Positions 29,885 to 41,190 of a DNA stretch of 54,890 nt are shown in pieces. This DNA is from Mesotaenium endlicherianum (taxonomy: Eukaryota). The translations under genes and the position numbers were made by a program. The notes under the pieces are model-generated. The model was not told where the DNA came from. It did not search any database and was given only the letters and a program-made list of their open reading frames with translations. Position 1 is the stretch's first letter; each line of letters starts with the position of its first letter. The stretch spans positions 412,670-467,559 of the forward strand of contig WELA01003305.1 in assembly GCA_009602735.1 (NCBI GenBank). The letters are read 5' to 3'.

Positions 29885-30681
29885 CTACTGCGGGACAGAG
29901 ACCAACTGGGGTCTCAAACCACTAGTGGTGGTGGCCGAGGGCCTAGTAAGCCCAAGCCGAAACCTCCCCAGCAATATGATCTTGAGGGAAACAGAAAATA
30001 TTACCTGATCAAGTTTCTTGCGGATGTCTTGCAGTGGCTGGAGAACTACCCAGAACTGCAAGATCACAAGAACGTCAGGCACACCGGTGCGCTACTGAAA
30101 GACAGTGCCGCAGACTGGTGGCCTTACTGGAAAGGAGAGCGTAAGGCTCGGCAACTCGGTGACCCTACGTGGGTAGAGTTTGTCGAGAAGTTGCATGAGA
30201 AGTTTGATGTCATCAACCAGCAGGAGAAAGCTATCTATGCGATGATCTCCCTGACAGTGAAGCAGACCACTTCAGTTGCTGAGTTTGCTCAAAAGTTCCA
30301 AGCGAACATCATGAAGCAACCAGATTTGCCAGAACGGTAGAGGATAGCATACTTCAGGTATGTCTTGAAATCCGAGGTCTCTGGTCATTTCGCTGAGAAG
30401 AAGTATGAGAAACTGGCTGACTTGATCCAGGATGCTGATGCCTGGGATCTGCAGCAGTTCAATCACAAGCGCCAGAGTAATGCTTTGGTGTCTAAGGTTG
30501 TCAAAAAGCCCCACGGTTCCTACAATGCAATTGAAGGAGACCAGGCTGAGGATAATCAGGGTGATGGATATGAGTATGAGTATAATGCCATACAGTGTAG
30601 TAGTAGAGGTGGTTTCTCTCAAGGCGGCCATGGAAGAGGTGGTGGTAGGACTAAGCCGAGACCAGCCTCAGCAAAATCCAC

Positions 30682-33600
30682 TTGCTACCATTGTCAGCAG
30701 TTGGGTCACTACAGAGAACAGTGTCCAATCAAGCACCTTCCGAAGGTCGAGAGAAAAGACCAGCCTTAATAAGACAGCAACAGTCACTAATCCAGTCTAC
30801 TGACTGTGAGGATGCTAGAGATAGTGAGTCGTCACTAGCTGCCCTCGTAGCAGGTATTATGGGTCCTGCTGAACTCGATTCACTATGCATGCCTGACAAC
30901 CAGATAAAGGAGACCATCAGCAATATAGACGTCCAGAGAGTGCACACTCTGGATGCTCTTGTTCCACCTGATGTCCAACATTTCTTTGCTACGTCAGGAG
31001 AACAATGCGAAAGTCAGGAAAAGACAGTCCCCCCTATCCTACTGCATTGCATGATTGCAGGTAGGAAGGTGAGGGCATTTGTTGACGGAGGGGCGTCACA
31101 TACTTTTATCCACAAGAACTTAGTTAAGCAGCTAAGGCTGCCTACTGTCACCCAAGGGAATAGAAAAATATTCCTTGGAGATGCCTCAAGTATCCCGGGA
31201 GGAGTTATAACCAAGCCTATTGAGGTCCAGTTAGGTTCTGGCATTGCAGTTCTAACTGAAACGCTTACATTTGAGGTACTCAACACTGGCTTTTATGATC
31301 TCGTGCTAGGCAGGTCCTGGCTTAATAGACATCAAGCTGAAGTGTGTTGGAGCAGAGGTACAGTTAAAGTGAGAGGAGCCAGTGATGGGCAGACTGACTT
31401 GGCACCCACCAGTGCTCTTCCTCTTGTCCTGTGTGGATGGCAAATGAAGGAAAAGAAGAGGCTTCCAGAAGGATGCAAGTTGTTGAATGCAATGGAGTTC
31501 GTCAAAAGCTGGAATTGGAAGGAAGACAGAATGTTCCGTTTGCTGCTAAGAGAGGTACCTCCTCAACCTGAAGAAGTGGTTGAGGAAAAGGTAAGCCCTC
31601 CGGAGCACCCTACTGCTGCAAAAATTGTTGCTCAGTACACGGATGTATTTAATATGCCTCCAAAACTACCCCCTAAGAGGGAAGTAGATCATAGGATTGA
31701 TTTATTACCTGGTAGTCAGCCACCCTGGCAACGCACGTATGGCTTGTCTTATGTGGAGAGCGAGGAGTTGAAAACACAGATTGCAGAGCTTGAGGAAAAT
31801 GGTTATATTTCTCCCAGTAAATCAATACGGCGCACCCATCCTATTTGTTAAGAAAAAGGATGGCAGAATGCGGATGTGTGTGGATTACAGAGCCCTGAAA
31901 AGAATTACAGTAAAGAACAAGTATGCTTTACCCAGGATCGAGGACTTGCTTGATACCCTATCTGGTGCTAAGGTGTTCAGTAAGATAGATCTCAAGAGTG
32001 GTCATCATCAAATCAGAATTGCTGTGGGGGATGAACACAACACTGCCTTCCGCACACGTTATGGACACTATGAGTTCAACGTGATGCCATTTGGACTGAC
32101 TAATGCTCCTGCTACCTTCATGGGTGCTACGAATGACATTTTCAGACCTTATTTGGAAAAGTTTGTGCAAGTTTTCCTGGATGATATTTTAATTTTCTCT
32201 AAAGATGAAGCTCAGCACATTGAACACTTAAAGACAGTCCTGGACACTCTGCGGAAAAATCACTTATATGCTAAAATGAGCAAGTGTGATTTCTTTAAAG
32301 AAAGTATTGAATTCTTAGGCCACGTTGTCAGTAAAGAGGGCATCAGTGTGGATCCTAAGAAAGTCCAGACCATAAGGGACTGGCCAGTACCACAGTCTGT
32401 CTCTGAAGTTAGATCCTTCCTCGGGTTGGCTAACTACCATAGGAGATTTATTGAGAATTATTCCACAAAGGCCAGAAAATTGATTGACCTTACTAAGAAA
32501 GACATAGGGTATGTGTGGGGGGAAGAGCAGCAGGCGGCCTTCCAGACCCTTAAAGATGCCCTTTGTTCTGCCCCAGTGCTAGCCGTGTATGACCCCAGCA
32601 AACCGGTGCAGGTGGTTACTGATGCCTCTGACTTTGCCATGGGTGCTATTTTGTTGCAGCCTGCTGACAAAACCACAAAGGATGGTAAGGTACGGCAGGA
32701 GTGGCATCCTGTGTTGTATGAGTCTATGAAATTTAATCCAGCGGAGATTAATTACTCAGTGCATGATAAAGAGCTGCTAGCTATCATTCATGTACTCAAA
32801 CAGTGGAGAGCATACTTACATGGTAAAGCTTTTAAGGTGATTACAGATCATCTAGCTCTGACCCACTTTCAGAAGAAGTCCAAGCTGTCGAGGAGGGAGA
32901 ACCGCTGGAGCCAGATGCTGGAGCAGTTCCAAGTCCAGATCGACTACAAACCAGGGAAGTTGAATCCTGCTGATGCACTCTCTAGAAGACCTGACTTGCA
33001 AGAAAGGAACTTTAGTCAGCATGCTGTAGATAAAGTCCTGTGTGCACTCACTTCACTAAAGGTGAAAAAGTCCTTCCTTGAACAACTTAGGAAAGCCTAC
33101 CTTTCTGACCCAACATTTGAGCCCAGCCCCACTACTGGTATGTGTCGTGCTACCGCACTCGGGTATAAGCTCAAGGGAGGGGTCTGGGTGACTGAAACCA
33201 CTTCAGGCAGGCTGAAGCTGGTCATTCCTAATAATTTGGAAATAAGGTCTCTCTTACTGAGTCAAGCTCATGACAGTCTCCTGGGTGGACATTTGGGGCA
33301 GGCCAAAACTGTTGGCAAACTGGCAAAACATTATCATTGGGAGGGGTTACCCCGGGAGGTCTTGAAATATGTCAAGTCCTGTGACCAGTGTCAGAGAAAT
33401 AAGTCTCGGCACACACCACCCGGAGGTCTCTTGCAACCGCTACCCATCCCAGCGGGACGCTGGGAAACTATATCCATGGACTGGGTGGTCTCACTACCAA
33501 GAACTGCCAACGGGCATGATTCAATACTGGTAGTCGTGGATAAACTGACAAAAATGGTCATTTTTATCCCCACAACTGTCAAAGTGACTGCACTCGAAAC

Positions 33601-34573
33601 AGCGAGACAGTTTTACAACCATGTAGTATGCCAACATGGGCTCCCTTCTAATATCATCTCAGACAGAGACTCAAAATTCACCTCTAAGTTCTGGAGAGCT
33701 TTAATGGGGTTAATGGGAGTCAAACAGCTGCTCAGCACAGCAAACCACCCTCAGACTGATGGGCAGACTGAAAGAACTAACCGAGTTCTGCAGGAGGTGC
33801 TGAGAGCATATATTAACCAAAAACAAGATAATTGGGATGACCTGTTGCCTCAAATTCAGTTTGCGGTCAACAGTGCGGTGCACGCGTCAACGGGCAAGAC
33901 TCCTTTTGAACTCAGCCTGGGTAGAGTCCCTAAGTCTCCTCTAGATGTGCTAGGGGAATCTTTAACTCACCCTGAAGGGATTGACAACCCGGTCTCCCTC
34001 CAGTTAACTCAGGAGTTTGCTGACACCCTGTCAGAAGTCCAACGAAACTTGCACACGGCCCAAGAAAACCAACAAAAATACGCTAATCAACACCGTCGGG
34101 AACTGACATTTTCCAAGGGGGATTTAGTCAAACTGCATTCTCAGCACCTGTACCTCCCTGGTGTGGTCAAGAAAAAGCTTGGCCCTGTCTGGGTCGGTCC
34201 ATATTCGGTGGTCCGTCGTATCGGTCAGAATGCTTACAAACTGAACATGTCAGCTGACTACAAGGGTCACCCGGTCTTTAATGTCTCCTTCCTGGAACCA
34301 TACATCAAAGGTGATACACTGTTCACAGGTCGGTTACCTGTCCAACCGGGACCGGTCCCCGCTGTCCGGGACGGCGACCCTGAGGAATATGAGGTCGATG
34401 AGATTTTAGACGCTCGCTCGGTCCGTCGATCGTCTAAATATGTCATGAAGTACCTCATTCGATGGAAGGGTTACGATGCCTCTGGGGACACTTGGGAATT
34501 TAAAGACCAGCTGACCAATGCCAAAGGGGCGTTGAAACGGTTCCACCTTCGGGCGACTGGGGCACCGCCCTAA
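30682..34573 (+). pseudogene. pol: pol of outer element (PR-RT-RH-IN-chromodomain) with one frameshift at ~31822
   Basis: FVDGGASHTF protease. [13 protein letters not shown] is broken by an apparent 2-nt deletion. FLDDILI, TDASD, HHCC, SDRDSKF…ERTN and YEVDEIL…[16 protein letters not shown] are all present. Confidence 0.93.
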
Positions 34574-34896
34574 CTGTCCCTTCAGTAGACATGAGAAGGT
34601 GACAGGAGGTCCTGTGTCCATATAAGTTGGAGGGGGATGTGACAGTTAGTGACAGTTGTGACAGGCAACCCACCTTAAAATTTAAGTTGGAGGGAGTAGT
34701 AGTCTCTGATCACCATAGTACACACTCAACCTGCGCTCACACTCACTTGCTCTCTAACTCAATTTTCCTTATATTCACTCACACCAGATATTCCACACTA
34801 GGAACTCTCCCGATCGCGTCCCTCTTCATCAAGGGCACTCAGTAGCGGCAAAATATCATGACTTCACTAACTGCATTGTGTTTATGATTGAGCAGG

Positions 34897-36558
34897 ATGA
34901 CTCAAAAGTCGGAGCTCAAGAGGAAGAGAAGGGCAGAAGAGGCACATGCAGAATACTTGCAATTCCGTGGAGACATCGAATCATCTTCCACCACCGCTCG
35001 GGAATCACAACGACTCCAACAACAGCGGGAGGCACAGAAGAAGAAGGAGGAGGAGGAACACGCCAGATTGAGGCAGGAAGAAATGGACAGAAAAGCTGCA
35101 GAAGAGGCCAAGAAAGCAGAGGAGGAGAGGCAAGCTGAGAAGAAGCGGAAGCAGCAGGCTGAAGAAGAAGAACAGAGGAGAATCAGCAGCTACCGCTACG
35201 CAGTGCTGGGCAAGGGCTTTGATCTACTGGAGGAGGCCTTCAAGTATGCCCAAAGAAGTCGCAGTGAGTCGCAGAAGGAAATCCTCCAGAAGGAAGGGGA
35301 GACATCCGAAAACTTTGACAAGTATATAGAGGTCAGCACAGGGCTCCTCCTCTACCACGATTACGCCAGGATGGTAGGATATACAATCGGAGAGGCCAAG
35401 GCAATGGCCCTGGTGAACGAAGCAGGAGTTGTCTCGATTCCTGGTATCTGGGGGGCAGATAGGGTCATCAGCATGATCCCTATGGACGCGGACAGCTTCA
35501 AGGACTCAACACCCCATAACAGGTTCAAGGCCATGTACAATGAGGTGGAGAGGAGGAGCTGGGAATTCTTGGCCAGGGAAACCAGTCAGCTGGACTTTGC
35601 AGGGCACTGGTACCCTTGTACTCTTAAAAAGACAGACGCTGCCTTCTTCCAAAAGCCCACTGATTGGCGGTGGATGACCATCAACATGAGGGACCAGCAG
35701 AATGACAGGGCGACGGATGAGGATTTCCTGACAGACCTAAAGGGGAACATAGTATTGCCCCCTCACATTGCGGCTTGGGACCCAAGATTGGATGGAGTCA
35801 GCGACTGCATGAGCCAGGAGATGCAGGGGGACAGAAGCAGGGCCCGAGAGTCATTCTCCAAAGGGAAGCACGCTTATGCTAAATGGGCAAGTAAGCAGGG
35901 GGAAAAGGACCTCTATGCGGTCCGGACTCAGCAGCCCCCACCAGCACCCAAAAGGGGAAGGTCAGTAGGATATTCTTTTTCTCGGGAAGAGCTGGAGCAG
36001 TTGACAGAAGAGACCCCAGAAGTCTCAGAGGAACGCGGGTACGGAGAGGAGGAGGAGTCAGAGGAAGACGAGGAGGAAGGCGAGGAGGAGGACATTAGCC
36101 CCGCCGTGATCCTGACGCCTGCCACATCCCCTATAAGGGAGAAGACGGGGTTGGCCATGCAGCAACTCGCTGAAGAGGAGGATATCACTTGGCTGAAGAC
36201 TGCCAGAGGACAGACCCCATCTCCAGGCAAGGAGACCCAGTCAGACAGAGCAGACAGGAGGGCTGCTCGGGAGATAGCCAGAGGCCTGCGAGCATCTCCC
36301 TCGCAGAAAGGGCATGTACCCTTGGCTCATGTCATGCAACATCCTTTCGGGATGCCGGTATATGTACCTGTCAGTTTGAGGGCTGCCCAAGAGAAGGCTG
36401 CCTCCCTCCAGACTGTGCAGGAGGAAACAGCCCAGTTACTGCGTTCTCCGCCGGGTCCTTACACGAAACCTCCCTCTCTGACAGGCTTCAGAAGACCCCA
36501 AGACAGGAGGAGGTCTGGCTCCCCTGAGTATAGAGCCTCAGGGACATCTCCCTCCTAA
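34897..36558 (+). CDS. Extra ORF3 of outer retrotransposon, 553 aa, unknown function
   Basis: Uninterrupted 1.66-kb ORF between the pol stop and the PPT. It has an E/K/R helical N-terminus, a Trp-containing globular-looking core, and an acidic, Ser/Pro-rich tail. No obvious signal or transmembrane segment. Confidence 0.85.
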   Translation: MTQKSELKRKRRAEEAHAEYLQFRGDIESSSTTARESQRLQQQREAQKKKEEEEHARLRQEEMDRKAAEEAKKAEEERQAEKKRKQQAEEEEQRRISSYRYAVLGKGFDLLEEAFKYAQRSRSESQKEILQKEGETSENFDKYIEVSTGLLLYHDYARMVGYTIGEAKAMALVNEAGVVSIPGIWGADRVISMIPMDADSFKDSTPHNRFKAMYNEVERRSWEFLARETSQLDFAGHWYPCTLKKTDAAFFQKPTDWRWMTINMRDQQNDRATDEDFLTDLKGNIVLPPHIAAWDPRLDGVSDCMSQEMQGDRSRARESFSKGKHAYAKWASKQGEKDLYAVRTQQPPPAPKRGRSVGYSFSREELEQLTEETPEVSEERGYGEEEESEEDEEEGEEEDISPAVILTPATSPIREKTGLAMQQLAEEEDITWLKTARGQTPSPGKETQSDRADRRAAREIARGLRASPSQKGHVPLAHVMQHPFGMPVYVPVSLRAAQEKAASLQTVQEETAQLLRSPPGPYTKPPSLTGFRRPQDRRRSGSPEYRASGTSPS

Positions 36559-36629
36559 TGGCAGTAGGATGAGAACGGAAGGGACAGCACGCTGTTATTT
36601 GTGTTAGTGTTGTCGAGGCGACAACATAA

Positions 36630-36643
36630 TAAGTTGGAGGGAT
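36630..36643 (+). promoter_or_regulatory. Polypurine tract of outer element, preceded by hairpin TGTTGTCG-AGG-CGACAACA (36608-36626)
   Basis: TAAGTTGGAGGGAT lies directly before the TG of the 3' LTR. Confidence 0.85.
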
Positions 36644-37872
36644 TGTAATGAATCAGTATATTGGTTGACATTATATTCATTTAAATAATATAGTTAAATA
36701 AGTTCAGCCTGCTGAACTCTAGTTAATGATCAGTCTGCTGGTGTAGTGATTTGAGTTATTATATATTAGTTTGCATATATTTTGATGTTTTCAAATATAT
36801 TTGGAGTAGTATTGTGTGGATTCATGTGTGAATAGGTACTCTAGTAACTTGGTTCATGTCCTTTGAACCTTCTAAGGCATTTTCGAAGTTAGAGGAAAGA
36901 CCTAGAAGAACTCCACGTGGCAAAAGTCAAATGTGCCATTTTTAGGTCAAAAGGACATGTGTACATTATTCTAGAAAGAGGTGGCAAGTTTTGGGATGTG
37001 TTGGGTGCCAACACATCAACATACACCTTCCTAGAAATTACTTATTTAGCAAGTATATAAACAAGAGCTAGAACATAGAAAGACATTCCAGAATCACTCT
37101 TGTACTTGCCAAAATCCAGAAATATATTAACTTTCAAGAAGCCATCTCTCTTTCAAGAAGCTACCACTTGTGTTCAAAGATCCTTGTCTTGAATAGATAA
37201 AATATTCTATTTCACTAAGTACTTTATCTATCTGTTTCACTACAGCTGGATTTTATAGTTAATATCAGTTTAATGACTCGGCCCGAAGTAGCAGGCTGAG
37301 TTCACCTTAAGTCAGCTTGCTGACACATTCTTTGACAGCCAGCTGACTTCCGTACTCGGTAGCAGCGAACTGCCTCGATATGCATCTAAGTGTGGTATGC
37401 TAGATGAATGGCCAGATGACATCCCTATGATGGATGGCGATTCGGGATAATGGGAGATGGCGGTGGATTTGGTTAACCAAGGTCCTACCAACGTGGTTAA
37501 CTCCCGGGTAGGCGGTGCCATCGCACTGACCGTTGAACAGTAAACTCATACCATGTGCATATGCTAGGCATTGCTCTCGAGTTCGGCATTCGGAAACGAG
37601 GCCAACTCTCTTGTACAGCTTACTGAGAGCGATCTGAATCCAAGGCAAGAAGCCATTGATACGCACTGTCTTCTAACCTTGCTTGTGTATGATTTTACTG
37701 ATTTCCATTATTGATGCTAGTTCACTCGCATTTGACTTACGAGTATTATTCACTGCTAGTGTGTTGTCCTTTGCCGTTTAACCATTTAACGAAAAATACC
37801 ATAAAGATTACTTGCCGATATAAAGATCTTTATTAATTGTTAATCGCCTATTTGGTAAGTCGATTCATTTCA
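36644..37872 (+). repeat. 3' LTR of outer element, interrupted by a solo LTR
   Basis: Matches 21874-22594 once 36742-37249 is removed. Confidence 0.95.
36742..37244 (+). mobile_element. Solo LTR of family 2 (503 bp)
   Basis: Reverse complement of 23207-23709 with TG...CA ends; TSD GCTGG at 36737-36741 and 37245-37249. Confidence 0.96.
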
Positions 37873-38919
37873 GTGCACCTGGAAAACAAATAATATGAAC
37901 ACATTCAATAAATGGTAGACTGCCTGCCAAACTGGCATCCAAATGTGAAGAATTCCTGTATAATTAATATATAAGTATGCCGCATGAAACATTGTCATGT
38001 GGAATAACACTTAAATGGAGGAAACATAGAGAAAACCCCACCCAACCCACCCCATCCCGCTTCTTGTGTGCACAAGAATTCTTACCTAGCGCAAAAAACT
38101 CGTACTCGAGGACTGCAACAAGCATACTATCAGCACCTGCCTGTAGTGTCCACATGCCGTCAGCCATGCTGCTTTGAATCTTCACAGCCTTGTCCAACCT
38201 GTGAAGTAATGTATCATAGTCCTCCCTTGTTTCTTCCAACCAGAAGTGTGTTCTAACAATTCTCTTAACAGGTGGTGCAAAGTCTTTATTTTATCAGATT
38301 TCATCCGATCCTTGTAAGCTATAAGAAGGCGTTGCATGCGGATAGTACAAGCTCGTAGATCATTCACTATTTTGTACATGAGTACTCGTGTAGTCTTCAT
38401 TGCAATCTCTAATGCATGATTTAATTCACAAATGGAGACCTATTTCCTCTAACGTTTGCGGAGATTCTTCACCAAATTCCATGAAATAGATAGAAGTAAG
38501 GCAAAAGGATACAAAGGAGGGTCTATGTTTTCATGGTACTACATTAATAGGCCTCCGAGTAATACAGCTTCAAGGAACTGGCCAAATAGTTGGAGGCGCA
38601 GACAAGAAGATACATGTTGCAGCTGCAAAAAAATGCAAAGCGTGAGGGCAGATCGAGGGCAGGTGAGGAAGAGGTTAAAACTTTCATCGATCCTATTTCA
38701 GACGGCAACTTTCGAGTCTCCACGAAGTGCCTTCCCGTCGACGTGTGCACTGGCGCGAGGTGTTCATATGTGCGCCAGACTTACGTGGATGTCCAAATTT
38801 ATGAAAGATGTGTGCGATAATTTAATCGACACAATTTAAAAAACCAAAAAGAGTGCTGTTGATTTAAACGCGTATCCAGCCGGACAGACGCACAAAGTAT
38901 ACCAAATCGTACAGTACGA

Positions 38920-40793
38920 CACTGCAGGGAAAGCCCCCCCCCAGGTGCTGTAACGTGGTGGACATGTAGCTGCTGGGGTATGCTGACGCCAGCAGCAAAA
39001 ACACCAGGCCACGGCAAAAAATCCCGACCAGGTCCCATAACCAAGGGGGGATATGGCGGATTCAAAAGAAACCCCGGGAGGGATAGGAGTCCCGCCCGGA
39101 CGTATCTGGAGATCGGACGGGCGGACATGCCCCATCAAATGCGGCCCCCCCTGACAGAATAATTATAATACTTGTCCCAATGACGTATGCAAACGCCAGC
39201 AGAAACAACAAATGGCCAGGCACACATGCCTTCTTGAAGCAGCAAAGTGTAACCTTGACGTTATGCCTGGGCTGAAGCCTCGGTCATAACAAATCAAAAA
39301 TGAGCCCACCGGGCTCAATGGAAAATTGCGAATCAGCCACGGGCTATGCGGCCCGGGCGATCACAAAATTGAACGGGCCAAGGGGTGCCACACAGACCCC
39401 CTTGACCAATTGAGAACAAGGACAAGTGGGGAGCGAGGGCAAACCCAAAAACTCCCCTCTTGCTGTCAAAATTATCGGAATGGCTGACACCTTATGACGT
39501 CAGCAAAACGTGGTGTCGCGGCTAACGCCGCGAACAAAACGAACAAAAACGAGCCCACCGGGCTCATTAAAAACTGTAACTCGGCAACGGGCATAGTCGT
39601 CCGTGCGATGCCGATCGCGAACGTTAAACAGGGCCAGGGGGTACCACATAGACCCCCGTGACCAAAAGAGAACAAGGGGGGAGCGAGGGAAACCCAGGAC
39701 CCCCCCTCTTGCTGTCAAACCGAGAGCGAGCGCCAAGGACGACCAAGGGCCCCCCCCTTGCTGACAAAATGGACAAGGCGACGGGGTATAGGCTCGTCAG
39801 AGCCACCCCGGCCACCCAACGACCTGGGCCAAGAGAATTCCGGGCCCGGGCGACAACGATAAAGGCCCAAAGGCCCTCGGCGAAAGGACGAGGGAGCGAG
39901 GGGAAAGGAAAAGCCCCCCCCCGGCTGCTCCGCTGCGTCCAAAAACTTCAGGGCGACGGGGCCCAGGCCTGTCAGGGCCATCCCCGCCACCAAACGTCCT
40001 GAGCAAAGAAAATCCTTGGCCCGGTTGACATAATAAGGAGGCCCAGAGGCCCCCTGCTTGCAGACGGGTCTTCTCGGGCCGACCAGGCTGACATGGTTGC
40101 ACCTCGCAAGATTCGACGGGATTCGGACCAAGCAGGCCCCTTGTCTCCTCGTCAATGACCTCGGCAAAGACAATAATAACTCAAGTTAGTGTTTTGCAAC
40201 CCACATAAAAAAATAAATTTGCCTTGCAAATCTGAACCAATCAAAACAAAATTAAACGGTTCTGCACGACTTTTCTGAATGGAGCAAAGACTTGCTCCGA
40301 TACCAATGTTACAATACTCACTTTCGAGAGAATAGAGAGGAACTCTTATAAGCTGTTGAGAAAGGGGTTGTGCAAAAACTGAACGAAAATGCAATGACCA
40401 GAAGAGGTGTTCTCAGAGTTGCACTGAGATTGGCTCTGCGAGTATTTATACTTGCCAACGCAAGCCAGTTAAGTGCTTGGCACTCCTTCGACACCTATGT
40501 TAGAGGGTTGTGACAGGACAATTTGTGCCTGTTGAATGTGACAACCCAAAAGGTCTACCTCTTCACGTGACATGTGAAAGGAGACAAACCTCTCCTTGGG
40601 AGGTTTCGTTATGACTCTTGGCTTATGCCAGGAGCCTCATGACTTTACGTAGGTGTCATAGTGCCTCTTGGTAATATAATATATATCCGTAATATATATT
40701 ATATACCGCAATGTGTATATATGTATTATACTTGATAATACAAAATATCGCGCTATGTACTTTCGTATTATACTTGATAATACATTGTGTACA
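38920..40793 (-). mobile_element. Truncated LTR retrotransposon (family 3): LTR 40793-40307, PBS 40305-40294, GC-rich degenerate internal region
   Basis: On the minus strand TGTACAC...TGTAACA is followed by T-TGGTATCGGAGC. The downstream minus frame is weakly gag-like. No partner LTR is seen and the left boundary is approximate. Confidence 0.65.
39290..39720 (+). repeat. Diverged ~250-bp tandem duplication
   Basis: caaaaa.gagcccaccgggctca...agacccc..tgaccaa..gagaacaagg...ccctcttgctgtcaaa occurs twice. Confidence 0.8.
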
Positions 40794-40799
40794 GCGAAA

Positions 40800-41190
40800 T
40801 CAGTCGGTGGTTCCCTTAGGCCACTTTCAAAGGTGTTTTTTTACGGGTTAACGATTGTCGTTAACCAAAAATAATGACAGGCATTATCCAAAATAATGAG
40901 AGTCAAAATAAGCGAAGTAATCATTGATTAATTAAATTATTCCTTCATAATTTATCAAGCTAACGTTATGATTAATTATGTCGTACGATTGCAAAGTAAT
41001 TGAGTTACTTTACGATGCTTTTTGCAATAGCATCTTGGTCATATCGCCAGTCGACCAGGAATTAGTCGGCACACGCGTGTGTCATCAAGATGCAATCATT
41101 TATCAATTAATATATCATAAATAGTATAACATTTTTTAGGCAATCAGGAAAACGTCCCAAATACGCCTAAAGAGCTCAGATCGTTACCTA
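40800..41190 (-). repeat. Dispersed repeat A, right copy (inverted relative to 8540-8890)
   Basis: aattagtcggcacacg, aaacgtcccaaatacgcctaaagagctcagatcgttac. Confidence 0.75.

Larger units (their letters stand above)
22629..30769 (+). pseudogene. gag: gag of outer element, disrupted by two in-frame stops and the nested element
   Basis: MVRTRS start; stop at 23058-23060; insertion at 23207-29884. The frame resumes with LKDSAADWW…WVEFVEKLHEKF…KQTTSVAEFAQKF, has a stop at 30338-30340, and ends with the CYHCQQLGHYREQC zinc knuckle. Confidence 0.9.
21874..37872 (+). mobile_element. Ty3/Gypsy chromovirus LTR retrotransposon (outer element, family 1) with an extra ORF; host to two nested insertions
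   Basis: LTRs 21874-22594 and 36644-37872 (TG...CA), TSD GTGCA (21869-21873 and 37873-37877), PBS TGGTATCGGAGC, PPT before the 3' LTR, and gag-PR-RT-RH-IN-chromo domain order. Confidence 0.97.
21677..38620 (-). pseudogene. Decayed spliced ORF of unknown function, interrupted by the outer retrotransposon
   Basis: Exon ~38620-38086 (…LEIAMKTTRVLMYKIVNDLRAC…LEETREDYDTLLHRLDKAVKIQ…FFAL; stops and a frameshift) ends CTAG|GTAAG in phase 1. The next exon begins after TTTTCCAG| at 37878, is split by the insertion, and resumes 21868-21677 as an open S/T-rich frame ending GCAG|GTGA. Confidence 0.5.

Noticed and set aside
34897..36558. ORF3 as an envelope (env) gene
   Set aside because: No signal peptide, fusion peptide or transmembrane anchor; the protein is highly charged.
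34897..36558. ORF3 intactness as proof of host domestication
   Set aside because: The element is young (~3% LTR divergence) and the longer pol has only one lesion, so an intact 1.7-kb ORF is expected by chance.
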